Shown here piece after piece: positions 54,146 to 62,271 of a stretch of 64,000 bases of DNA (position 1 is its first letter; the number at the start of each line of letters is the position of its first letter). Location: NCBI GenBank assembly GCA_965223905.1, contig CBDCXV010000001.1:1120001-1184000 (forward strand). The letters are read 5' to 3'. The notes under the pieces are model-generated. The model was not told the origin of the DNA, ran no database searches, and was given only the letters and a program-made list of their open reading frames with translations. The stretch comes from Candidatus Latescibacterota bacterium. GTDB lineage: Bacteria; Latescibacterota; UBA2968; UBA8231. A program made the position numbers and the translations under genes.

Positions 54146-54325
54146 TTTGCTGAATTTGAACTACGGACAATGCTGGATAATGCCTCAGAATTGGTACCCG
54201 CCCACAATCAGGGGCGCTGGATTATCCATACTCACCATACAGGACAACCATGGCGTGTGGTGGTCGAGCCAGATCCAGAAGACCAAATCCTGATGATCGT
54301 AACGGCATTTCCTAAAGAGGTGTAA
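54146..54325 (+). pseudogene. 5'-truncated DUF4258-like toxin
   Basis: Hand translation FAEFELRTMLDNA...GRWII...PWRVVVEPD...IVTAFP; no N-terminus; abuts a DUF2283-like gene. Confidence 0.6.
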
Positions 54326-54327
54326 CC

Positions 54328-54597
54328 ATGAAAACTGTTTCTTTACAAATCACATATCGTAAGGGCAAACCATTCGCTGCCTATATTTACCTATCCCGCC
54401 AGAACGGCCAAAAAAGTGTCCGCACTGAAGTCATATCCGAGGATCTCCTGATTGACTACGCTCAGGACGAGACACCTCTTGGGATTGAAATAGTCTCTCC
54501 TGAAATGGTGAGCATTGACGAAATACAGGCAGTCTTTGATCGCTTGGGGCTTGGTAGACCATCACTTATAGAACTGGAACCACTTAAAGCAGCGTAG
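54328..54597 (+). CDS. DUF2283-like protein (putative antitoxin)
   Basis: AAYIYL, LLIDY...PLGIEI. Confidence 0.75.
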   Translation: MKTVSLQITYRKGKPFAAYIYLSRQNGQKSVRTEVISEDLLIDYAQDETPLGIEIVSPEMVSIDEIQAVFDRLGLGRPSLIELEPLKAA

Positions 54598-54599
54598 CC

Positions 54600-55085
54600 A
54601 CCTTGCCCATCATGACTGACGAGAAGACCTCGTCGTCATACCACGTCTTCCCCCCGCTCGTCGAAAATTTCCGCCCAAGTTGGTTTGAGCAAACGTCGAC
54701 GAACCCATTGATCTGGGGACTGTTGACCCGCGTGGTTCGGTGTTCGATTCCTTCCAGCTGTAGAAACAACTCGTAGGGAAAACCGTCCTGCCCGCCCTAG
54801 TATTCCTGTCCGTTGTCGGAGAGGGCTACTTGGATGGAAGCCAAATGCTTCTCAAAGACCCTGCAAGACTTGGTTGTTGAGCAGCTGCCCCGCCGTCAGC
54901 GACAGCCTGTTGGGAAGAGCCGGGCCCAGGCGTAGCGGCTGTGGCAGTCAATGGCGGGTCCCGACGCGGGAGGTGTCCACGCCGAGCAGCTCGCCGGTGT
55001 ACAGAGTCTCGATGTGGCGATTCGCAAAGTCGGGACTGAACCGCTCTTGGGGGTCGGATTTACTGCTCGCTCAATTCGAGACGTC
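54600..55085 (-). pseudogene. Degenerate IS481-family transposase remnant
   Basis: Fragments RHIETLYTGELLGVDT, LSDNGQEY, YELFLQLEGIEHRTTRVNSPQING with stops and frameshifts. Confidence 0.75.
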
Positions 55086-55138
55086 GCTCCTGGATGAGGA
55101 CGGCACGGTCGGAGTCGACCCGAAGGACGGTTAGCCTG

Positions 55139-56021
55139 TCAGGACCGGGCGGGGCCCAACAGCGTGTCGAGTGGGCTCTCGATCCGCACCAGGTCCTTCC
55201 GCCGCACGTGGGTGTAGATCTCCGTCGTTTTGGAGCTCCTGTGTCCGAGGAGCTCCTGTATGTAGCGCAGATCGGTCCCCCCTTCGAGCAGGTGCGTCGC
55301 AAAGCTGTGTCTCAGGGTGTCCACGGTCACCCGCTTGCGGATTCCCCGCGGCGGCAACCGCACGGGAGAACACTTTCTGCACCGACCGTTCGGTGAGATG
55401 CCGTCCTTCCCGGGCTCCGGGAAACAGCCACGTCGACTGCCGGTACGCCTTCCAGTAGGACCGAAGATCCTCGAGAATCGACCTGGGCAGCAGGGTGTAG
55501 CGATCCTTGCGCCCCTTGCCCTGCTGCACGCGGATCAACATGCGATCGCTGTCGATGTCGCTCACCTTGAGACGCACGACCTCCCCCACACGCAGCCCCC
55601 CGGCATACACCAGGGCCAGGATGACCCGGTGCTTGGGATTCCGAAGGGAATCGAGCAGTCGCAGCATTTCCCGCTGGCTGAGGATTTCGGGAAGCTGGCG
55701 ACCGCCACGCGGCCTGCGCAGACCCTCCAGGGAGGCGGGCTGCTTAAGGACTTCCCCGTAGAGGAAACTGAGAGCACTGTATGCGATGTTGAAGGCGGAG
55801 CGGCTCACCCCGCGGTCGAGGAGCCATTCGAGGTGGGACCGCACCTCGTCATGCCGTTCCCCCCGGTAGTCCCGTTTCCACTGAAGGAATCGCCGGCAGT
55901 AGCCCATGTACGACTTCTGCGTTTTCCTCGCGTACCCCCTCAGCTTCAGCTCGGATTCGACCCGGTTCAGGGTGTCGACCTCTTCGTCGGTCAGGTCTGG
56001 ATGTCTCCGATAGCGCCGCAT
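55139..56021 (-). CDS. Tyrosine recombinase (integron-like integrase with N-terminal SAM-like domain), apparent +1 frameshift near 55345
   Basis: [40 protein letters not shown]; no IntI-specific insertion. Confidence 0.9.
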
Positions 56022-56156
56022 GGGCCCGGTTACTCCAAGGCAAAGGTTTGGCCCTGCCGTAGAGAAAGCCGTGCCAGTCCGACACGGAAACCCGAAATCG
56101 TCCTATCTGTCGCAACCGCAATGAGTTACGCCGGATATCCCGAATCGGGAAAATAG

Positions 56157-56185
56157 TTGCAACTGTTCACCCCGGCACGTACCAT
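56157..56185 (+). promoter_or_regulatory. Pc-like cassette promoter
   Basis: TTGCAA, 17 bp spacer, TACCAT, about 60 bp upstream of the first cassette boundary. Confidence 0.55.
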
Positions 56186-56216
56186 CGTATCAGATAAGTT
56201 ACACCCAGCGGCCATT

Positions 56217-56254
56217 ATCCGAACCATTTGTTCGGATGCAATCAGATATATGAC
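56217..56254 (+). other. attI-like primary recombination site
   Basis: IR ATCCGAAC/GTTCGGAT followed by G|ATATATGAC, complementary to the end of cassette 1. Confidence 0.6.
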
Positions 56255-56344
56255 ATGGGTTGTCACAGTACCAGTGAAATTCGACAGAGGCAAAGCTGGC
56301 ACGGTTGAAATCATGAGCCTGCAGGCGCTGGAGAAAAAACTGAC

Positions 56345-56836
56345 GTGGATCGCGTAGCCGTATTCGCAGATGTACAGAATGTTTACTACACAGTTAAGCA
56401 GCAACATAATTGCCATTTCGACTATGGTTCTTTCCTCAGGGAGGCGACAGCCGGCCGGAAACTGGTGAAGGCAGCAGCCTATGCTATTGACAAAGGCGAC
56501 AGAAAGCAGGCCCAATTTCAGCAAATTCTGAAACGGCTCGGTTTTGAGGTAAAGCTCGCGCCTTATATTCAGAGAGCTGACGGCTCAGCCAAAGGGGACT
56601 GGGACGTGGGCATTACGGTCGATATGTTGGAGTACGCAGATCGCGTGGATGTCGCTGTCCTGGTTTCAGGTGACGGAGACTACGCGCCTGCAATTGACAA
56701 GCTAATCAAGGAATCCAAGGTATCCGTCGAGGTGTACGGTGTCCCAGGACTAACTGCTAGTCGTCTAATCGAATCGTCGACGCGATTTGTGCCAATTCAA
56801 GGAGATCTGTTGCTGCCTATTCCCACCACGTGGTGA
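56345..56836 (+). CDS. Cassette 1: NYN/LabA (PIN-like) domain protein
   Basis: VFADVQN, KGDWDVGITVD, LVSGDGD. Confidence 0.9.
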   Translation: MDRVAVFADVQNVYYTVKQQHNCHFDYGSFLREATAGRKLVKAAAYAIDKGDRKQAQFQQILKRLGFEVKLAPYIQRADGSAKGDWDVGITVDMLEYADRVDVAVLVSGDGDYAPAIDKLIKESKVSVEVYGVPGLTASRLIESSTRFVPIQGDLLLPIPTTW

Positions 56837-56931
56837 CGTGGAAGCGACACTGTTTGCAAAGCCATGCACGCTAACGCACTCTCGCGTCGCTACCTCTCCG
56901 CGTTGATCAGCCTTGGAGCAATCATACCCAC

Positions 56932-57027
56932 GTCATATATCACAGCAATTCACGCTGCCGCCATTCGGCGCTTGGCCTTCGGCAAGTCGCTTTCGCGACT
57001 TCGTGAATTGTGAGAACGTTATGTGAC
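56932..57027 (+). repeat. attC-like site 1
   Basis: GTCATATATC ... CAATTCACG/CGTGAATTG stem ... GTTATGTGAC. Confidence 0.85.
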
Positions 57028-57065
57028 ATGCGAAAACCTGCTATTCTGTTCAGTATAGAAGCCGA

Positions 57066-57954
57066 ATGATCCTCAGAATCTTCATTGCCCTGTTCACTGC
57101 TCAAGTATGGTCACTACCCCAGAGCCAGGCTTGTACGCTAGAGGACAGCGCTATTATCCACAGAATTCAAAGTACCGACGTACTTGTGGAAGCCACTGTG
57201 CTGTCAACGGTGAAGGATACACTAGGTGCATACATCGTACCTAGGGAAGCAACGCTTTCCGTCCAACGGGCTCTAGTGGGTGGCCCGCTATCGGAAGTCA
57301 TACACATGGAGCTCGACTCAACGCTCACCGAATTTTCCTCCTGTCTCGATTTGTATCAGGGCTACGAGGAAGGTGACCATTTTCTTGTCTTCCTCAGTAG
57401 AAAGAAGGATCTGGACGTTTTCTGGGCAGCACCCCACGTTCGTCCCTGGGTCGTTGACTACGATCCTGTGGATCCGTCTATACTTGCTAGATACATAGAA
57501 CAGACCGTTGCGCAGGAGGTAGAGCCTATCGCCTTCAGCTTTGAGGGGCCAGACACGGTTGTCGCCGGGGCCCAATTCAGATCTCGACTCACTATCACGG
57601 AACCGTTTCGACGAAACGCTGAGGGTTAGGATACCTGCAGAGAGGACCCTAGAAACCAGTTTTGAGTTCACTTTCTTGATACAAAATCCTGACGGAGATC
57701 GCTTTCCAGCTGATCACCCAATACTAGTTACAATTAAGCCCGGCGAAACCAAGACTGTTGAGTTGGACGACGCCTTTGAGAAAGTGCCGGAAGGTCATTT
57801 CAAGTATGAGGGAACATTGTGGTTGCCCGGCAACAAGGATCACTCAATCGCATACCACAACCGACTGTTTTCCAGGTGGATGTCTGCTCTACCCACCTCT
57901 GTCGAGCCTTCTTCTTGGGGCAATGTCAAGCATAGTTACTCGTCTTCGCCATGA
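57066..57954 (+). CDS. Cassette 2: secreted protein ending SWGNVK, frameshift near 57600
   Basis: Signal peptide (..SQA-C); removing one G at 57599-57600 fuses the two ORFs. Confidence 0.7.
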
Positions 57955-57965
57955 CCTGTAAACAC

Positions 57966-58058
57966 GTCACATAACACCTCGGTTTGCGCTTCGGCGCTGA
58001 ACGCGCCTCGACCTTCGGCAACCCCTTTGGGGTTCGCAAACCGGAGAACGTTAAATGA
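57966..58058 (+). repeat. attC-like site 2
   Basis: GTCACATAAC ... CGGTTTGCG/CGCAAACCG stem ... GTTAAATGA. Confidence 0.88.
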
Positions 58059-58128
58059 ACATGGGAAAAACGGTTTTATTGCAGTCTATTACACTATATA
58101 CACCGGACATCTAACGAGTGTTTTAACT

Positions 58129-59121
58129 ATGGATATAGAACTTCGGAAAATAGTCTCTGCTATTAGAGATTATGCCGTAGAAAAATTCAGTGATGCAGAG
58201 TGGGTCGATTTTGGGTACGTAACCGAGGCTTCAGATTTGATTGAAAACCATCCTCGACTTTTGAGATCACTTGCTTTTAATGACGATGATTACAGCTACT
58301 GTGCTACACAGGTCGTAAATGAGGCACTGGAAGAGCGCCCCGAGAAAATTCAGGAAGTTGTAGAACACTTTGGCGTCGATCTTTGGCTTGAGGAAAAAGA
58401 TGAACGTCGCCATCAGAGAGTATTTACGGAAACCCGACCGCTTGTTCCTTCCCCACGCTTCTGGCGGGAGGGGTATTTCCGACTCTTCATCAGCCATTTA
58501 GCGGATCACAAAGCCAATGTCCAAAGGCTTAAGCGGGAACTGGAGAAGTGGGGAGTATCTGCATTCGTTGCCCACACAGATATTGAGCCCACTCGAGAGT
58601 GGCAATTGGAGATCGAAGCAGCACTCTTTTCGATGGATGCAATGCTTCCAGTATTGATGCCAGGATTTAAAGAGTCAAACTGGACAGACCAGGAAGTCGG
58701 TGTAGCAATTGGCCTTAGGAAACTTATTATTCCGGCTCGACGAGGTATAGATCCCTACGGATTTATAGGAAAATATCAAGGTTTTCAGGCAGATGGAAGG
58801 ACTGTCGGACAAGTAGCTGAAGATGTCGTTAAAATTCTGCTTAAGAGCGAAAAGACGCGAGCCCAGATAGTTAGAGGTTTATCAGCGCGGATTAAAGTTG
58901 AAGTCAACGATCAGGTTGTTACCTCACGCTTAAAATTGATTGATGAGTTGAAAATTTGGAGCAAAGAGCAGGTAAAAGAGATTCTTGAAAGCGTTCTCAT
59001 CCGAGGTGGTGAGATGGCAGAAGACGTACAGGTAGCCTTCAATGATCTACAGGCTTCGCATGGCGTTGTTATAGTGCCACCGAAAGTAACAGCCTTTGAT
59101 GACGATGACCTTCCTTTCTGA
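58129..59121 (+). CDS. Cassette 3: TIR-domain protein with AbiJ-like N-terminus
   Basis: LFISH, AFVAH.DIEP..EW, WTDQEVG (catalytic Glu); HPRLLRSL.F.D.DY. Confidence 0.85.
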   Translation: MDIELRKIVSAIRDYAVEKFSDAEWVDFGYVTEASDLIENHPRLLRSLAFNDDDYSYCATQVVNEALEERPEKIQEVVEHFGVDLWLEEKDERRHQRVFTETRPLVPSPRFWREGYFRLFISHLADHKANVQRLKRELEKWGVSAFVAHTDIEPTREWQLEIEAALFSMDAMLPVLMPGFKESNWTDQEVGVAIGLRKLIIPARRGIDPYGFIGKYQGFQADGRTVGQVAEDVVKILLKSEKTRAQIVRGLSARIKVEVNDQVVTSRLKLIDELKIWSKEQVKEILESVLIRGGEMAEDVQVAFNDLQASHGVVIVPPKVTAFDDDDLPF

Positions 59122-59141
59122 CAGCAAGAATATATCCCACG

Positions 59142-59239
59142 TCATTTAACATCCCGTTGACGCAGCGCCGCCATACGGCGGCTTGGCCTTCGGCACCCTG
59201 GCTACGCCAGGGTCGTCAACGGAAGAACCGTTATACGAA
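59142..59239 (+). repeat. attC-like site 3
   Basis: TCATTTAAC ... CCGTTGACG/CGTCAACGG stem ... GTTATACGAA. Confidence 0.88.
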
Positions 59240-59291
59240 CTGAGAAAACCGACCATCGTGAATCCGACGCGAATCAGACAAGGGTTTACGA

Positions 59292-60011
59292 ATGATCCTT
59301 GAAGCATTGAATGATCTTTTCACATCAGAATTGCTGGCTGCCCACCCTGAAGAATGGGGCGTGACCGATCATTGTGATGCGCCTTCCGGCGTAGGGTACG
59401 CGACCACGATTACGCCGAGGGCAATTTCGACGGCACTCGACCGCGGTGCCGACGTAATTGTCACGCATCATGACGCCTGGGATTTTATGTATGGACAAAG
59501 AGAGAAGGTATACGATCTCTTACGCGACAACAGCCTGACCCATGTGTGGGCCCGACTGCCGTTGGACCAGTCGGACTTTGGCACATCGGCCACGCTTCTC
59601 TCGAAAATTGGCTGCGTGGAGGTCTGTAAGCCATCGAAAGGTGAAGTACGCCTTGGTGAACTGGATGAATCAACTGACTTCGAGGCGATCCGTTTGAAGC
59701 TCGATTCCCTATTGCAGGACCAACCACGTAGCCTCCATGATTCGGGTCGAGCCATCCGCAGAATAGGCTGCGTGACTGGGGCTGGCGTCTACACGAGTTA
59801 CCTCAAGGATGCGATGCCCCATGGTATTGACCTTTATCTGACAGGAGAGACTAGCCTTTACTTATTGGAGTGTGCCGTCCACCTTGGACTCAGCGCCCTG
59901 GTTTACTCCCACAACTATACCGAGTTGCCAGGAGTCCATATGTTCGCAGAGCGTTTTTGCCAAGCTCTTCAACTCGAGATGAAGGGACACCTCGGTGACT
60001 CTCACTTCTGA
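59292..60011 (+). CDS. Cassette 4: Nif3/YbgI-like dinuclear metal protein
   Basis: IVTHH, LPLD, GCVTGAG, YLTGE, HNYTE. Confidence 0.85.
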   Translation: MILEALNDLFTSELLAAHPEEWGVTDHCDAPSGVGYATTITPRAISTALDRGADVIVTHHDAWDFMYGQREKVYDLLRDNSLTHVWARLPLDQSDFGTSATLLSKIGCVEVCKPSKGEVRLGELDESTDFEAIRLKLDSLLQDQPRSLHDSGRAIRRIGCVTGAGVYTSYLKDAMPHGIDLYLTGETSLYLLECAVHLGLSALVYSHNYTELPGVHMFAERFCQALQLEMKGHLGDSHF

Positions 60012-60029
60012 TTCGGGCGAGCGACTCAA

Positions 60030-60124
60030 TTCGTAACACCGCGGTGTTGCGCTGCGCCGCTGTCGCTCCTTGGCCTCCGGCAAGCCGGCAACGCCAGGTT
60101 CGCAAACCGTGAGACGTTATATGG
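60030..60124 (+). repeat. attC-like site 4
   Basis: TTCGTAAC ... CGGTGTTGCG/CGCAAACCG stem ... GTTATATGG. Confidence 0.8.
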
Positions 60125-60134
60125 AATATCTGAA

Positions 60135-60895
60135 ATGAGAAAAGAAGAATCAATCGACGGAGACTATCTGGCCCCAGCGAAATACGACAAATACTACGAC
60201 GCGTATGCTACGCTTCCAGAACGGTTTCTGGCTGACCTCGCCTCTCGCGGAAGGGTCCTTGAACTGGCATGTGGAACTGGCCGGATAGCAATTCCCATGG
60301 CGGAGAACGGCCTTGAGGTGACCGGGATCGATTATTCCGAGCCGATGGTAAGCCTTGCCAGATCAAAGGCCGAAGACAGACAGGTGAGGGTCGACTGGAT
60401 CCGCGACGATATACGCTGCTTTGACACCGGTAAACGATATGGGTCGATCTTGCTACTGCACAACGCATTATGGCACCTGCACAACCTTTCCGATTTCGAA
60501 GAGTGCATTCGCTGTGTGAAGCGTCATCTCCTTCCGGGTGGTTTCTTCATTTGGACGTCTTTGTCCCTGGGGTGGAGATCCTCAATCGCGACCCAGGCAT
60601 TCGGTACCCATTCTCTAGCTACACGGACGTTGACACGGGACAAGAAGTGCAGGTTACTCAGTCCTACAGGTATGAAGCAGACACCCCGATCGCGCGCATG
60701 GTGCACTACAGAAAGGACTCTGATGAGATCGTTGGGGGTCTGAATCTCCGGATGTATTTCCCGAAGGAACTGGATGCCTTGCTGAAGTACAACGGGATAA
60801 GGATCAAGGAGAAATTCGGGAGCTGGGACCGTGACCCCTTTGGGCCGGACTCCAGGCATCAGCTTTGTTTCTGCACCACCACGGAGGACGGCTGA
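60135..60895 (+). CDS. Cassette 5: class I SAM methyltransferase, frameshift near 60550
   Basis: VLELACGTGR, GIDYS; a missing T in ATTT|GGAC; C-terminus LRMYFPKEL. Confidence 0.82.
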
Positions 60896-60912
60896 GCAGC
60901 CGGAATCGCATA

Positions 60913-61002
60913 TCGGATATCACTCCAATTCACCCGGCGTCGACCGCTCTCCTGAGGCTGTGCCCACCCCGCATGCGCGAGACCGGAATTGTGAGAAAGT
61001 CT
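60913..61002 (+). repeat. Degenerate attC-like site 5
   Basis: GATATCACTCCAATTCAC ... GAATTGTGAGAAAGT resembles site 1; core eroded. Confidence 0.5.
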
Positions 61003-61165
61003 GGGGACCTTAGGATGAATTAGTCGCGAGATACGGGAGATAATTCAGGCATGGCCAACTTGAAGGACGGGCCCTTCGACAAGCGCGTCGATTACGACCC
61101 GGATAGCAATGTTCCTGTTCTGTCCCCGGCATACGCAGTGGACTTCGAAGAATTTCGAGAGGTAG

Positions 61166-61705
61166 GTGATGAAATCTGAATACGTGATGGCGTTGATTTT
61201 TCGAATTCTGGGCCTTCTGTTGGGACTTCAAGCAGTAGCCTTCATCCCGGGCATAATGTTGGCGACTTCAGAGCCGTTTTCCGGGGGTTCGCCAACATGG
61301 CCGCTCGTGATGCCTCAAGTGCTCGGATTGGTGCTGTGTCTGCCAGTAGCTTTCGTGTTGTTTCGCTACGGACGATGGCTTGCCAACCTCGTTGTGGGTG
61401 AAGACGAGCATCTGGAACTGGCGGGAGTGGCCGTAGAGACCGCCGATACCCTACCGGTTTTTCGTTTGCTCTTGCGCGTTGTTGGCGCATTCGTTGTTGC
61501 CTGGTCGGTGCCCGAGTTGGCCGGTCATGGTTTCGGCCACGTGATGCTGTACCAGATGAGCGGCCCGCAAATCTGGACTCAGATCGCCCCGGGCGTTGTG
61601 AAGCTGGCTATAGGCGTATATCTGCTCAAAGGTGGGACACACCTTGTACGCTTCGCGTACGGCTCCCAGGCCATATCCGATGACCCAGGAAATGACGAAA
61701 CCTGA
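61166..61705 (+). CDS. Hypothetical four-TM membrane protein
   Basis: GAGGT RBS; four hydrophobic segments forming two similar halves. Confidence 0.7.
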   Translation: MMKSEYVMALIFRILGLLLGLQAVAFIPGIMLATSEPFSGGSPTWPLVMPQVLGLVLCLPVAFVLFRYGRWLANLVVGEDEHLELAGVAVETADTLPVFRLLLRVVGAFVVAWSVPELAGHGFGHVMLYQMSGPQIWTQIAPGVVKLAIGVYLLKGGTHLVRFAYGSQAISDDPGNDET

Positions 61706-61882
61706 TTACATGCCAGTCTGGAAAGGCATAAGAAAGTCGCTTCCGTGAGGAGGTCATTTGTCGTGTAACAGCGCCATTCCGGATGGAGCTTTCACCTTCG
61801 CCAGAATGCTTCCCAAGTTCGGGAAACCGGCCGACTTGCTGTGAGAAGTGCAAGATCAGATCACCAGGATCGAGGACTCCCG

Positions 61883-62190
61883 ATGTATGAACAGGACAGG
61901 TACGTATTTGACACCCAAGGTTACGTGGTGTGGTGCTTCCCGACATCCTCACTCATTCCGAGGTTGAGCGCCTCGTCGACGCCTTCCCAAGGGATGACAA
62001 GGGTCAGGTCATGCTCGAAGCTCCTGACGACAACTCACATCATGAAAACAGGATCCAGGGAAGGGTGCTCGATCATCGAGCTCTGATTGAGGCCAGCGTC
62101 ACCGGCTACCTGGGACGCAGCTGCATGAAGCATCCTGCCGCCTGGGACATCGGTTCCGTCGGTAGCCTGGGGCCCATCAGGATCGCCTGA
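61883..62190 (+). pseudogene. PhyH-family N-terminal fragment
   Basis: MYEQDRYVFDTQGYVV|LPDILT.SEVE resembles the N-termini at 50520 and 51577; frameshifted and truncated. Confidence 0.55.
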
Positions 62191-62271
62191 TAGGGCACTG
62201 ATTCTCACCGAATCCGACCGGTATGTCCTCAAGGCAGTAGGCGATTTGATTGGAAAAAGGGGGCCCTCGAT

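Larger units (their letters stand above)
54090..55146. repeat. 56-bp imperfect direct repeat (54090-54145 and 55091-55146)
   Basis: TGGATGAGGACGGCACGGTC...TCAGGACC, 6 mismatches. Confidence 0.9.

Noticed and set aside
55139-56021. XerC/XerD or prophage integrase
   Set aside because: No phage genes are present, and its position next to an att-bounded cassette array fits an integron-like role better.
56932-61002. CRISPR array or tRNA interpretation of the repeats
   Set aside because: Repeats are ~90 bp, divergent and separated by whole genes; there are no cas genes and no tRNA T/D-loop consensus.
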